Assembly: GCA_014727835.1 (NCBI GenBank)
Contig: WJMT01000024.1
Location: 1,309-65,308, forward strand
DNA: 64,000 nucleotides
Direction: 5' to 3'
Origin: Candidatus Aminicenantes bacterium
Lineage (GTDB): Bacteria; Acidobacteriota; Aminicenantia; Aminicenantales; Aminicenantaceae
The notes below the pieces were generated by a model. The model saw only the letters and a list, made by a program, of their open reading frames with translations, was not told the DNA's origin and ran no database searches. The translations under genes were made by a program, and so were the position numbers. Of the stretch, positions 25,928 through 35,760 are shown in pieces. How positions within the stretch are numbered: the stretch's first letter is position 1; every line of letters starts with the position of its first letter.

Positions 25928-26512
25928 ATGGAATATAAAAAATATATTCTTCCGGCCATCCTTTTTGTGATGCTCATCATCTTCATGATTCTCTTTTTCG
26001 GAAGTCAGGGAAAGGAAAAAACACCGGATAAGAGGGGCTCTGATATGCTGAAGGAAAACATCTCTGAAGAACAAGAGCAAGAGCTTGAAATGAAGAGTGT
26101 TGTTTTGTTTTTCATTTCTGAAGAGGATCACCAGCTTTACAAAGAGGAACGGGAGATCATGCCTGGCCTGACTTTAGAACACCAAATCGAATCCCTTATA
26201 GAAGAACTGATATTGGGTTCAGAGGAAGGTTTTTTGTCCCCCTTTCCTCCTGAAACCAAGATCAGAGGAGTCTATATCACTGAAAACAGAATCGTGTATA
26301 TTGATTTTTCCCAGGAATTCCAAGCTGCACACCTTTCAGGTTCAAGTGCAGAAATTTCTTCCATATTTTCTGTGGTCAACTCTGTTGCTTATAATTTCGA
26401 ATCAATAGAAAAAGTGTTTATCCTGGTGAATGGAACAGAACAGGAGACTCTGGCTGGTCATATAGATCTTCGGAGGCCGTTCCTTCCCCGATATGACCTT
26501 ATTCATGATTGA
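25928..26512 (+). CDS. GerMN domain-containing protein
   Basis: N-terminal TM anchor, then the GerMN-like block IRGVYITENRIVYIDFSQEF...SVVNSVAYNFESIEKVFILVNGTEQETLAGHIDL. Its position after an amidase gene is common for this family. Confidence 0.65.
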   Translation: MEYKKYILPAILFVMLIIFMILFFGSQGKEKTPDKRGSDMLKENISEEQEQELEMKSVVLFFISEEDHQLYKEEREIMPGLTLEHQIESLIEELILGSEEGFLSPFPPETKIRGVYITENRIVYIDFSQEFQAAHLSGSSAEISSIFSVVNSVAYNFESIEKVFILVNGTEQETLAGHIDLRRPFLPRYDLIHD

Positions 26513-26527
26513 TTCAAATCCAGACAG

Positions 26528-27844
26528 ATGAGAAAGCCACCTCGAATTGTGATCGTCGGATTTCCCAATGTCGGAAAATCAACGTTGTTCAACCGTCTTT
26601 TGAGGGAGAAGAAAGCCATTATTCATTCCTCTCCGGGGATGACGCGAGATGCGAATTCAAGTGTGTGTATCCTGAGAGGCAAGGAATTTGAACTGGTTGA
26701 CACAGGAGGTTTTTTTGACTCCAAATCAAATCCCATTTCGGAAAAAGTCAAACTCAAGGCATGGGAGGCTTCAGAACAGGCTGATGCATTGATATTCATG
26801 CTGGATGCCAGAAAAGGCCTTCTCCCTCCGGAAAAGGAACTTTTTGTCTCTCTGAAAAAGCTGAACAAACCCATGATCGTGGTGGTCAACAAAATTGACT
26901 CACAAAAAATGGAACAGCAGAAACTGGGAGAGTTTTATACGTTGGGAGAGGATTCTCTCATTCCTCTGTCTGCTGAACACAAAAGGAATATCGAAATCCT
27001 GGAACACGCCATTAGCCAATTACTGCCAGAGTCACATGGCCACATAGATGAGGAAAAGCCCTTAAAAGTCGCTGTTGTAGGGAGGATAAATGTGGGCAAA
27101 TCATCTCTGATCAATCTGATCACAGGAGAGGAAAAGCTTTTGGTCAGCGAAATTCCTGGGACCACACGGGACACCATTGATACAGCAGTCCTGAGAAACG
27201 GACGGCGTTTTTGTCTTGTGGATACAGCCGGGATTCGAAAATTAAGCAGGACAAAGGACAAGAGAGAAAAAGCAGGCATTATCATTGCAAAGAAAAGCAT
27301 CAGAAAAGCGGATGTGCTGTGCCTTCTCATGGATTCCACAGAGTTTCCGACCCGTCAGGATGCAGCCATTGCCCATTTGGCTTACCAATCAGGAAAGCCA
27401 TTGATGCTGGCACTGAATAAGTGGGATTTGATTCCCCATAAAGAAAAGATTTATGAAGAATACAAGAAAAAGACCTATTCCAGACTGGACTTTGTTTCCT
27501 ACGCGCCTCTGGTTTTTATATCTGCATTGACTGGGAAAAGAGCGGTCAAAATTTTGGATTTGGCAGTAGAGATTTATGAAAATGCCCAAATGAGAATACC
27601 CACTCCGGATCTCAACCAGTTTCTGCAATATGTCTCTCAGCGCCGCCCCCCTCTATCCAAAAAGAAAAAAAAGATCAAAATTCAATATATGGTTCAAAAA
27701 AGTGTACTCCCTCCCACTTTTGTTCTTTTTACCCACTCAAGCAGTTCGCTTTTGCCTTCTTATGAAAAATATTTCTCAGCTCTAATGAGAGAAAATTTTG
27801 ATATATGGGGAACCCCTCTCCGGCTCCGCCTTAAAAAAAATTGA
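26528..27844 (+). CDS. der: Ribosome-associated GTPase Der (EngA)
   Basis: Two tandem GTPase domains (GFPNVGKSTLFNRL...DTGG...NKID and GRINVGKSSLINL...DTAG...NKWD) plus a KH-like C-terminal domain. Confidence 0.9.
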   Translation: MRKPPRIVIVGFPNVGKSTLFNRLLREKKAIIHSSPGMTRDANSSVCILRGKEFELVDTGGFFDSKSNPISEKVKLKAWEASEQADALIFMLDARKGLLPPEKELFVSLKKLNKPMIVVVNKIDSQKMEQQKLGEFYTLGEDSLIPLSAEHKRNIEILEHAISQLLPESHGHIDEEKPLKVAVVGRINVGKSSLINLITGEEKLLVSEIPGTTRDTIDTAVLRNGRRFCLVDTAGIRKLSRTKDKREKAGIIIAKKSIRKADVLCLLMDSTEFPTRQDAAIAHLAYQSGKPLMLALNKWDLIPHKEKIYEEYKKKTYSRLDFVSYAPLVFISALTGKRAVKILDLAVEIYENAQMRIPTPDLNQFLQYVSQRRPPLSKKKKKIKIQYMVQKSVLPPTFVLFTHSSSSLLPSYEKYFSALMRENFDIWGTPLRLRLKKN

Positions 27845-27943
27845 AAAGAGACCAAGGGCCGGGATGTTTTCCTTGACTTTAATGAGGGATTTTATTATAA
27901 ATTCAAGTTGCTGACATGAATTGTTATAAAGATTAAGGAGGTC

Positions 27944-28975
27944 ATGATGTCTCTAAAAAAGATGAATCCTGCTCTGATCACTGTGCTAGCTGTGATTTTG
28001 ATTTTTGCGACCACAAGCTGTGAGAAACTAAAACTTAAAAATCTGCAAGCGAATCACTATTTTACTAATGCCAATCAGGCTTTTTCAGAGCAAAAGTATA
28101 GAGACGCTATAGAAAACTATGAGAAAGCGCTGGAGTTGAATCCGAACTTGGTTCAAGCCCATCGTTTTCTGGGAGAAAGCTATAAAGCAGTCTATAATCC
28201 AGGAGTTGAGACGGAAAGGAACATGGAACGGGCGGATAAAGCTCTGGAGGCTCTGAAGAAAGCCTATGAAATCAGTCCGGAAAATGAGGCGATCATCCAT
28301 TCCTTGGCAGACATGTATGACAAATTGAGAAATTTTGAAGAAGCTGAGAAATTGTTTTTAAAGATTTTGGAGATGAATCCCACTAATATGAGCAATTATT
28401 ATGTGGTGGCTGAATTCTACAAGAGATATGCAGGTGGAGAGAGTGAAGAAGAGGAAGAGGGAGAAACAGCTGAGAACGGAGAAAAAACTCCTTTTGAAAA
28501 GGCAGAGCAGATGTATTTGAGAAGAATCGAATTGGAACCTGAAAACCCCCAGGGCTATGCTTATATCGCCCAGTTTTATGAAGACCTGGATCCCACCATC
28601 GCCCGGGTAGATAGAGCCTATTATTATCATGACTTAAGGACTCAGTTAGAGCCCGAAAATCCAAGGGCCTGGCTTTCCAAAGGTGTGAATAGATGGGCCA
28701 AAGCTTTTCGGCTTCAGAACAGATTGACCAGACAGCAGAGATTACAGACCGCTAAAGCTGGGGAACAGGCGCTGCTGAAAGCCAGTGAACTGGATCCCAA
28801 ATATCCGGAACCTTACTCTTGGCTGAGTGTTATCTATCAGAGTGTGCTGGCGAAAATCGATCCTGACCGGGCCCAACGCTATATTGAAGATGGGCAGATG
28901 TACATTGAAAGATATAAGGAAGCAAGAGAAGCAGAAGCTGAAAGACAGAGATTAGAGGAAGAACTGAAAAAATAA
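27944..28975 (+). CDS. TPR-repeat lipoprotein
   Basis: Lipobox-like IFATTSC after the signal sequence. TPR units (AIENYEKALELNPNLVQAH, ALKKAYEISPEN, FLKILEMNPTN). Acidic insert ESEEEEEGE. Confidence 0.7.
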   Translation: MMSLKKMNPALITVLAVILIFATTSCEKLKLKNLQANHYFTNANQAFSEQKYRDAIENYEKALELNPNLVQAHRFLGESYKAVYNPGVETERNMERADKALEALKKAYEISPENEAIIHSLADMYDKLRNFEEAEKLFLKILEMNPTNMSNYYVVAEFYKRYAGGESEEEEEGETAENGEKTPFEKAEQMYLRRIELEPENPQGYAYIAQFYEDLDPTIARVDRAYYYHDLRTQLEPENPRAWLSKGVNRWAKAFRLQNRLTRQQRLQTAKAGEQALLKASELDPKYPEPYSWLSVIYQSVLAKIDPDRAQRYIEDGQMYIERYKEAREAEAERQRLEEELKK

Positions 28976-29022
28976 TCTCCCAGAAAATCGTTGTTCTTCT
29001 TTGAATTATCACAAAGCAAGGG

Positions 29023-29050
29023 GCCTGTTTTTTGGAAAAAGGGCTTTTTT
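29023..29050 (+). terminator. Candidate intrinsic terminator after the TPR lipoprotein gene
   Basis: GCCTGTTTTT (29023-29032) pairs with AAAAAGGGC (29036-29044), giving 9 bp with one bulge and one G-U and a 3-nt loop. T6 follows at 29045-29050. Confidence 0.5.
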
Positions 29051-29063
29051 GTAGCACACACGC

Positions 29064-29735
29064 ATGTTCATACCTTTAAAAGATGACAATCCGACCCGTC
29101 ATTTTCCCTATGTGACGGTCACTTTGATCGCTTTGAACTGTCTGGTTTTCCTCATCCAGGCATTTTCACCCAGCGGCCTGCAGTATTTCATCATTAAAAT
29201 GGGTGTGATCCCTTATGAGATAACTCATTTGGCCAGTATCCCTGATGTCCCCCGAATCTCCCCATTCCTCTCTCTGTTGACTTCTATGTTTCTTCATGGA
29301 GGTTTGTTTCACCTCCTTGGGAATATGCTGTATTTATGGATATTCGGAAACAACATTGAAGATTATTTAGGACCTGGCCGATTTTTGTTTTTCTATTTTA
29401 TTTCAGGATTGGGTGCCAGTATGGTTCACATCCTGTTCAACTTCAATTCCACTGTTCCGGTCATCGGGGCCAGCGGAGCCATTGCTGGAATACTGGGAGC
29501 CTATCTGATTCTGTATCCGCATGCCAGAGTTCTGACCTTTGTGTTCTTGATCTTTATCATCCGGATTATACCCATTCCTGCTGCATTTGTACTGGGCATA
29601 TGGTTTTTTGGTCAGCTGTTGAATGTGGGGCTGGGGGGAGGAGTTGCCTGGTTTGCTCACATAGGGGGGTTTCTTTTAGGGATTCTGCTGATCAAGATGT
29701 TCAGTCCCAGACAGCCCCAGGTCACTTTGGAATAA
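29064..29735 (+). CDS. Rhomboid family intramembrane serine protease
   Basis: Six TM helices, HLLGNMLYLWIFG, catalytic GASGAIAGILGAY and HIGGFLLG. Confidence 0.85.
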   Translation: MFIPLKDDNPTRHFPYVTVTLIALNCLVFLIQAFSPSGLQYFIIKMGVIPYEITHLASIPDVPRISPFLSLLTSMFLHGGLFHLLGNMLYLWIFGNNIEDYLGPGRFLFFYFISGLGASMVHILFNFNSTVPVIGASGAIAGILGAYLILYPHARVLTFVFLIFIIRIIPIPAAFVLGIWFFGQLLNVGLGGGVAWFAHIGGFLLGILLIKMFSPRQPQVTLE

Positions 29736-29761
29736 TCCCCAGGACAATCTTGTTTGAAGTG

Positions 29762-29790
29762 TTGACAATTAAGTAAGGATTGTGTATATT
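29762..29790 (+). promoter_or_regulatory. Candidate sigma70 promoter of the rplM-rpsI-rpsB-tsf-pyrH-frr cluster
   Basis: TTGACA (29762-29767), 17-nt spacer, TATATT (29785-29790), leaving a roughly 70-nt leader before rplM. Confidence 0.55.
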
Positions 29791-29860
29791 TTCTCACCAA
29801 TACAGGTATCTTTTTAGACTATTATCATCTATTATTGTTAAAGACCTAAGGATAAGTGTT

Positions 29861-30289
29861 ATGAAGACTTACATACCGAAAAAGAATGAAATCAAGAGAA
29901 ATTGGTGGCTCATCAATGCGGAAGGAAAGATTTTGGGACGGCTTGCATCTGAAATCGCGAATCTGCTCCGAGGAAAAGGAAAGCCCATCTATGTTGATTT
30001 TTTAGATTGTGGGGATCACGTGATTGTGGTGAATGCAGAAAAAATAAAGGTTTCTGGAAACAAATTGGCTCAAAAAAAATATTATACCCATTCCGGCTAT
30101 CCCGGGGGAACTAAAGAAAAAACTTTGGAGGAGCTGATGGAAACAAATCCGGAAGAGGTGGTAAAAAAAGCGGTTTACGGGATGATCCCGAAAAACAAAC
30201 TCGGCCGAGCCATCTATAAAAAATTGAGGGTCTATCGTGGTCCTGATCATCCGCACGAAGCACAGCAGCCAAAAGAATATCAGTTTTAG
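29861..30289 (+). CDS. rplM: 50S ribosomal protein L13
   Basis: [30 protein letters not shown]...HSGYPGG...AVYGMIPKN is canonical L13. The 81-nt upstream ORF extension is rejected because it covers the promoter and leader. Confidence 0.9.
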   Translation: MKTYIPKKNEIKRNWWLINAEGKILGRLASEIANLLRGKGKPIYVDFLDCGDHVIVVNAEKIKVSGNKLAQKKYYTHSGYPGGTKEKTLEELMETNPEEVVKKAVYGMIPKNKLGRAIYKKLRVYRGPDHPHEAQQPKEYQF

Positions 30290-30297
30290 GAGGAGAG

Positions 30298-30702
30298 TTG
30301 AGTTTAATTCAATACTACGGAACAGGAAGGAGAAAGTCATCTGTTGCCAGAGTCTATTTGAGGCCGGGCAAAGGTGATGTCACTTTGTATGTCAACAAAA
30401 GGCTTCGGCCGTTCAAAGACTTTTTTTCACTGGAGACTTACAGAAAAAGCATAAAAAGGCCTTTGATGCTGACCGAAACAAGCGATAAATTTGACCTTTT
30501 TGTCAGAGTAAATGGGGGAGGAACCTCGGCTCAGGCAGAGGCCATTCGATTGGGAATTGCCAGAGCGTTGGTCGAATTCAACAAAGAGCTGAAACCCTCC
30601 CTGAAAGAAGCCGGATTATTAACTCGAGACGATAGAGTTAAGGAACGAAAGAAATACGGATTGAGGAAAGCTCGCAAAGCACCTCAGTATCACAAGAGAT
30701 AA
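30298..30702 (+). CDS. rpsI: 30S ribosomal protein S9
   Basis: TTG start preceded by GGAGGAG. YYGTGRRKSSVARVYLRPG...GGG.SAQAEAIRLGIARAL...RKKYGLRKARKAPQYHKR is canonical S9. Confidence 0.9.
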   Translation: MSLIQYYGTGRRKSSVARVYLRPGKGDVTLYVNKRLRPFKDFFSLETYRKSIKRPLMLTETSDKFDLFVRVNGGGTSAQAEAIRLGIARALVEFNKELKPSLKEAGLLTRDDRVKERKKYGLRKARKAPQYHKR

Positions 30703-30716
30703 ACGGAGAAATTCAT

Positions 30717-31748
30717 TTGGTTTCAGTAAACATGAAAGAGTTGTTAGAGGCTGGAGTTCATTTTGGACATCAGACAAGACGGTGGAATCCCAAGATGGAA
30801 GACTATATTTTCTGTCAGAGAAACGGGATTTATATCGTTGATCTGCAAAAAACCATCAAGATATTCAAGGAGGCTCTGGATTTCATCAGCCACATGGTTG
30901 AAGAAGGCAAAGAAGTGCTTTTGGTTGGGACCAAAAAACAGGCCCAGGATATCATAAAAGAATATGCAGATAAGTGTGAAACTCATTATGTGAATCAGCG
31001 GTGGCTGGGAGGACTTCTGACTAATTTTGATGTGATTCGCCAAAGTGCTGATAGACTGATCGAGCTTGAAGAAATGAAAGAGGACGGCCGTTGGGACCTT
31101 CTTTTGAAAAAAGAACAGTCAAAACTGGATAAAGTTTATAAAAAGCTCCAAAAAAACATTGGCGGTGTTAAAAACATGAAAGAGCTGCCCGGAGCCCTTT
31201 TTGTGGTTGATTCCATTAAAGAAGAACTCGCAGTGGCAGAAGCGAGAAAAGTCAATATCCCCATAATTGCTATAGTGGATACCAACGGAGACCCGGACGG
31301 GATTGATTTTCCGGTTCCTGGAAATGATGATGCGCTCCGAGCCATAGAATTATTCACTTCAAAAATCTCAGAGGTCATTATCGAGGCAAAGAAGAAACGG
31401 ATTGAAAAACAGCTTCAAGAATCAGAAGAGGAATCAGAAGAGGAAACAGAGGAAAAGTCAAAAGAGGAATCAGAAGAAGAACCGGAAAAAAAAGAATCCC
31501 AAGAAGAAGACAAAACAGCTGAGCAAACAAAAAAGGAAACCCCTGAAAAACAAGCCTTAGCCTCTAAGGATCCCGAGAAAGACAAACCAAAAGACAAAGC
31601 CAGAGAGGAAGAAAAACCAAAAGCTAAAGTAAAAGATGCCGAAGAAGATAAAGATAAAGATAAAGATAAAGACAAAGATAAAGATAAAGAAAAGGATTCC
31701 ACTCCTGAGCCAAACAAGGACCCCAAGTCATCTGATAAGTCTGAATAA
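30717..31748 (+). CDS. rpsB: 30S ribosomal protein S2 with a long acidic/lysine-rich C-terminal extension
   Basis: MKELLEAGVHFGHQTRRWNPKM...NQRWLGGLLTN...IAIVDTNGDPD...GNDDALRAI is canonical S2 up to about aa 230. The last roughly 113 aa are E/K/D/S low complexity. TTG start with GGAGA 7 nt upstream (alternative ATG at 30732). Confidence 0.9.
   Translation: MVSVNMKELLEAGVHFGHQTRRWNPKMEDYIFCQRNGIYIVDLQKTIKIFKEALDFISHMVEEGKEVLLVGTKKQAQDIIKEYADKCETHYVNQRWLGGLLTNFDVIRQSADRLIELEEMKEDGRWDLLLKKEQSKLDKVYKKLQKNIGGVKNMKELPGALFVVDSIKEELAVAEARKVNIPIIAIVDTNGDPDGIDFPVPGNDDALRAIELFTSKISEVIIEAKKKRIEKQLQESEEESEEETEEKSKEESEEEPEKKESQEEDKTAEQTKKETPEKQALASKDPEKDKPKDKAREEEKPKAKVKDAEEDKDKDKDKDKDKDKEKDSTPEPNKDPKSSDKSE
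31647..31688 (+). repeat. In-frame hexanucleotide tandem repeat (GATAAA/GACAAA x7) encoding (DK)7 in the rpsB tail
   Basis: Read directly: gataaa gataaa gataaa gataaa gacaaa gataaa gataaa, in the rpsB frame. Confidence 0.9.
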
Positions 31749-31765
31749 GGAAAGGAATACATAAA

Positions 31766-32362
31766 ATGAAAATCACAGCAAAATTAGTGAATGAGCTCCG
31801 TCAACGCACAGGAATTGGCATGATGGATTGTAAAAAGGCCCTTAAAGAAACAGATGGAGATATAGGCAAGGCGATCACTTATTTAAGAAAAAAAGGATAT
31901 GACAGGGCAAAAGAAAAAATGGACAGAGAGACCACTGAAGGCATAATCGGTTCTTACATTCATTCAGACAATAAGCTGGGAGTCTTGGTTGAAGTCAACT
32001 GTGAATCTGATTTTGTGGCTCGAAATGAGGAGTTCAAGGGACTGGTAAAGAATATTGCCATGCACATTGCCGCAGCTGATCCAAAATACATCACTTCAGA
32101 GGAAATTCCTGAAAACGTTATTGAAAAAGAAAAAGAAATCATCCTGGAGCAGTTTAAAGATTCTCAAAAGCCTCCAGAAATCATAGAGAAAATTGTTCAA
32201 GGCAAATTGAAGAAGTTTTTCTCTGAAGTGTGTTTATGGAATCAAGCCTATATCAAGGATGATAAAATCACCATTGAAAAACTGGTGTCATCCTTCATCA
32301 CCAAATTTGGGGAAAATATTAAAGTCAATCGATTCGTCAGATTCTCGATCGGCAGGTCCTGA
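31766..32362 (+). CDS. tsf: Translation elongation factor Ts (short form, about 198 aa)
   Basis: [37 protein letters not shown] (UBA-like N-terminus), [29 protein letters not shown]. Confidence 0.9.
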   Translation: MKITAKLVNELRQRTGIGMMDCKKALKETDGDIGKAITYLRKKGYDRAKEKMDRETTEGIIGSYIHSDNKLGVLVEVNCESDFVARNEEFKGLVKNIAMHIAAADPKYITSEEIPENVIEKEKEIILEQFKDSQKPPEIIEKIVQGKLKKFFSEVCLWNQAYIKDDKITIEKLVSSFITKFGENIKVNRFVRFSIGRS

Positions 32363-32370
32363 AAACAAAA

Positions 32371-33090
32371 ATGCCCAAAGAGAAACCGGAATATCAAAGA
32401 GTGCTTTTAAAGCTTTCCGGGGAGGCTCTTTTGGGAAATCAATCCTTTGGGATCAATCCCAAAGCTGCACAGTCAATTGCACACGAAGTCAAAGAACTTC
32501 ACTCCTTAGGTGTTCAGGTTGCGATCATGATAGGAGGGGGGAATATATTTCGTGGTGTCAAAGGCGATGAAGTGGGGATTGAGAGAGTTTCAGCGGATTA
32601 CATGGGTATGCTGGCAACACTGATAAACGGAATCGCACTTCAGGATATCATGAATAAAGAGGGACTGTCAGTTTGTCAGGTTTCTGCCATTGAAGTCAGG
32701 GCGGTGGCCGAACCGTTTATCCGGAGAAAAGTCATCCGTTATTTGGATGAAGGAAGAATTGTGATTTTCACCTCTGGAATAGGCAGCCCCTATTTCACCA
32801 CAGATACTGCAGCTGCCATGAGGGCCCTGGAGGTCAATGCAGAGGTCATACTCAAAGCCACCAAAGTGGATGGGGTCTATTCTTCGGATCCCGTTACTCA
32901 TAAAGATGCGAAGAAGTATAAGGAAATCAGGTATATAGACGTTCTCAAACAGGACTTGAAAGTTATGGATGCCACAGCTGTTTCCCTGTGTAAAGACAAT
33001 GGACTGCCCATCATTGTGTTCAACATCAAAAAAAAGGGGAACATAAAAAGAGTTGTTCTCGGAAAGGATGTGGGCACAAAAATTTATTAA
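32371..33090 (+). CDS. pyrH: UMP kinase
   Basis: [54 protein letters not shown]. Confidence 0.9.
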   Translation: MPKEKPEYQRVLLKLSGEALLGNQSFGINPKAAQSIAHEVKELHSLGVQVAIMIGGGNIFRGVKGDEVGIERVSADYMGMLATLINGIALQDIMNKEGLSVCQVSAIEVRAVAEPFIRRKVIRYLDEGRIVIFTSGIGSPYFTTDTAAAMRALEVNAEVILKATKVDGVYSSDPVTHKDAKKYKEIRYIDVLKQDLKVMDATAVSLCKDNGLPIIVFNIKKKGNIKRVVLGKDVGTKIY

Positions 33091-33104
33091 AAGGACAACA
33101 TAAA

Positions 33105-33662
33105 ATGGTCAAACAAGAATTAAGAGATTTAGAGAAAAAAATGACCCATTCCGTTGAACATTTCAGAAAATCTTTGTCCAAGTTGAGGACAGGGCGTGCC
33201 AATATCAATATATTCGAAGACATCAAAGTCGACTATTACGGAGCCAAGACACCAATCAATCAAGTGGCCACTCTGGCTATACCTGACCCCACTTTGATCA
33301 CAGTCAAACCTTATGACTCATCCATGATTGAAGATATTGAGAAATCCATCCGGGCTGCTGACCTGGGATTAAATCCCATCAACGAGGGTGAGATTTTAAA
33401 GGTTCCTATACCTCCTTTAGATGAGGAAAGGCGGAAAGAGATCGCCAAACGCATCGGAGGGATGATGGAAGAAGAAAAGACCGCTCTCCGCAATATGAGA
33501 AGAGATTCCAAAGAAATGATCGAGGAGATGGAAAAGGAAAAAGAGATCACAGAAGATGATAAATACTGGGGTTATGATAAGCTCCAGGAGCTTCTGGATA
33601 AGTTCTATCAAAAAGTCGAAGACATGGCCAAAGCTAAGGAAAAAGAAATCCTCGGTATGTAA
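33105..33662 (+). CDS. frr: Ribosome recycling factor
   Basis: LSKLRTGRANINIFEDIKVDYYGAKTPINQVA...PLDEERRKEIAK...RNMRRD is canonical RRF at 185 aa. Confidence 0.9.
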   Translation: MVKQELRDLEKKMTHSVEHFRKSLSKLRTGRANINIFEDIKVDYYGAKTPINQVATLAIPDPTLITVKPYDSSMIEDIEKSIRAADLGLNPINEGEILKVPIPPLDEERRKEIAKRIGGMMEEEKTALRNMRRDSKEMIEEMEKEKEITEDDKYWGYDKLQELLDKFYQKVEDMAKAKEKEILGM

Positions 33663-33698
33663 TCCTTAAGACTCTGTTTTATCAGTGTTCTGTTGAGT

Positions 33699-34598
33699 TT
33701 ATGTTTTTTGAAACCAGTTTTCAGTTGTTCCGAATTTTGTCCTGATCGTAACTCCCCATGCCAACACGGTTAAAAAGAAGGAGAGGACCACTCCAAAAAC
33801 AGGGATGGTGGTCAGCACAGTGATGAGAATGAATCCGAGAAAAATTGAAAGCAGCAGAGAAGGGCGTTGGCTTCCCAGTGCTTTTGAGAGACCCTTTCCC
33901 ACAAAAAGGAACAGCACCACATTACCAAAAACCTTGAAGACCACGGCAATCAGAATCAATGAAAGAAGAATAGGAATGCCTATGATCAGCAATGAAAGAA
34001 GGGCAGAACACAAACAAAGCGCCACGAATATGACCAGACTCAAAAATCCTATTCCAATGATGGGTCCAAAAGATTCTTTGATTTGATCAGAAGCATAGGA
34101 TATTTGCCTTGGAAGAATGAGAGCCAGCAGCACAGCAAGAATGAACCAAATGACGGATGTGACCAGTTTAAAGAAAAAGAGAAAAGAAAAGAATCGGGAA
34201 GTGCTGAACAAACCTTTGATGAAAACATCTTGAGGTGTCTTGAAATAAATGGTATCTCCCAAAATGGTTGTTCCGGATTGTTTGTTGAGAAGGCCTCCTA
34301 TATTCACCAGATCCCCTCTGATCAAAGAGCTGGATTTCAGATGAATGTCCGAGCCGATAGCCAGCACGGTTTCCCCTACCTCTCCCTCGATAGTGATGGA
34401 ACCGCCGACGGAGACGACACTTTCTCTGATTTTGCCTTTGATGATGATATGACCTCCAAATGAAAACACATTGTCCTGAACTTCATTTTCGGCAACAGTG
34501 ATATTGTTTTTAATGGAGAGACTCTCCTGTGCAAGAAGGGAGAGAGGAGCTGATATGATAAGAATTAGCAGAAAGACGATCGGAAATTTGTGTTTCAT
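33699..34598 (-). CDS. Membrane protein with an extracytoplasmic bactofilin-like beta-helix repeat region and 4-5 C-terminal TM helices
   Basis: Signal peptide, then a repeating hydrophobic-G pattern (GGHIIIKGKIRESVVSVGGSITIEGEVGETVLAIGSDIHLKSSSLIRGDLVNIGG) reminiscent of polymer-forming cytoskeletal/bactofilin repeats. The rest is polytopic. There is a 4-nt overlap with the anti-sigma gene. Confidence 0.55.
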   Translation of the reverse strand: MKHKFPIVFLLILIISAPLSLLAQESLSIKNNITVAENEVQDNVFSFGGHIIIKGKIRESVVSVGGSITIEGEVGETVLAIGSDIHLKSSSLIRGDLVNIGGLLNKQSGTTILGDTIYFKTPQDVFIKGLFSTSRFFSFLFFFKLVTSVIWFILAVLLALILPRQISYASDQIKESFGPIIGIGFLSLVIFVALCLCSALLSLLIIGIPILLSLILIAVVFKVFGNVVLFLFVGKGLSKALGSQRPSLLLSIFLGFILITVLTTIPVFGVVLSFFLTVLAWGVTIRTKFGTTENWFQKT

Positions 34599-35173
34599 CC
34601 CTTGTCTCCTAAAATATATTTTTGTTTGAAATAGAATATAATCCCAATCGCCATCAAGACACTGATAAGAACAGCGAATATTTGGATTTCTGTGCTCAGG
34701 ACTGTAAACACAGCAAGAATGTTCTGGATCAAAAGTCTTGTCAGTTGAAGGAATGCATTGACAAAAATAGAAATGGTTTTAATGAATTTGATCCCGAGGA
34801 TCAAAGCCTCCTGGGAAGAATGTATGATGGATTGAAAGAGCTGAACAATGAGATCAGCCAAACTATGGCTTGAGAAGGCCAGGAATACAAAACCAAGAAG
34901 AGAAATAAAAACAAAGGCCGCTGCCGCTGCTTTGAGACATTCGGAGAGCGATGGTTTTAAAGGATTGATTCTGGAGAGGACTTGTTTGGAGAATCCACGA
35001 GGGGTCTGGAGCGAAGGGATGTGTTCCATGGCGTGAACCAGACTCTTCCTTTTCTCTAAGGATTCTTGGCATTTGGGACAGGAAGAGAGGTGTGTTTTGA
35101 TCTCTGCTTTTCTGCGGTCCGAAAGCTCTCGCTCTAGAAAAAGGTACAATTCCAAAGCAGGGATGCATTTCAT
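34595..35173 (-). CDS. Anti-sigma factor (zf-HC2 type) with membrane region
   Basis: The N-terminal H-x3-C-x2-C motif (HLSSCPKCQ) follows a helical segment, with TM helices downstream. There is a 4-nt overlap with the ECF sigma gene upstream. Confidence 0.65.
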   Translation of the reverse strand: MKCIPALELYLFLERELSDRRKAEIKTHLSSCPKCQESLEKRKSLVHAMEHIPSLQTPRGFSKQVLSRINPLKPSLSECLKAAAAAFVFISLLGFVFLAFSSHSLADLIVQLFQSIIHSSQEALILGIKFIKTISIFVNAFLQLTRLLIQNILAVFTVLSTEIQIFAVLISVLMAIGIIFYFKQKYILGDKG

Positions 35174-35733
35174 ATGCTCTTCTCCAAATGGTCTTTGAGC
35201 ATTTCCTTGGCTTGAAAAACTCTGTTCTTAACTGTGCCCACAGGAAGCTCTTTGAGTTCAGCGATTTCATCATAACTCATGTCATTGATATGCCGGCAAA
35301 CAAACAGTTCTCTCAGTTTCGGGGGCAGAATATCCAATGCTTTTTCTATTTTTTCTCCCAGTTCTTTCAACTCAAGCTTTTGTAAAGCAGGGATCTGGTT
35401 TGATGAGATTTGAATGGGTGCTGAGGACTCTGTTTTTTTGAAAGGATGGTCCATGGATATGGTTTTGATTCTTTTTTTTCTCCAGTGATCGATCATGTGG
35501 TTGGAAGCGATTTTAAAAAGCCAGGTCTTGAACTTATATTTGGGATTAAAGGTGTGCAAGGAGCTGTAGACCTTGATGAAGACTTCTTGACTGAGCTCCA
35601 GAGCAAGATTGGTGTTTCTTAAAGACTGGCCTAGATAATTAATGATGGAATTTTGATATTTTTTAACAATCATCTCAAAGGACCTGTCATCGCCTTTAAT
35701 GGTTTGTTGAACCAGTTCGTTGTCATCATTCAT
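35170..35733 (-). CDS. RNA polymerase sigma-70 factor, ECF subfamily
   Basis: Region 2 (FEMIVKKYQNSIINYL...SQEVFIKVY...FKTWLFKIASNHMIDHWRK) and region 4 (LPPKLRELFVCRHINDMSYDEIAELKELPVGTVKNRVFQAKEML). Confidence 0.85.
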   Translation of the reverse strand: MNDDNELVQQTIKGDDRSFEMIVKKYQNSIINYLGQSLRNTNLALELSQEVFIKVYSSLHTFNPKYKFKTWLFKIASNHMIDHWRKKRIKTISMDHPFKKTESSAPIQISSNQIPALQKLELKELGEKIEKALDILPPKLRELFVCRHINDMSYDEIAELKELPVGTVKNRVFQAKEMLKDHLEKSI

Positions 35734-35760
35734 GGAGGAGTTTGAATCCCCTATTCCAAA

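Noticed and set aside
31415-31762. 115-aa minus-strand Ser/Leu-rich ORF and the periodic GATAAA tract, considered as a possible CRISPR or minisatellite
   Set aside because: The period is 6 nt with no spacers, and the tract lies in frame within the rpsB C-terminal tail. The antisense ORF is just the complement of E/K/D codons.
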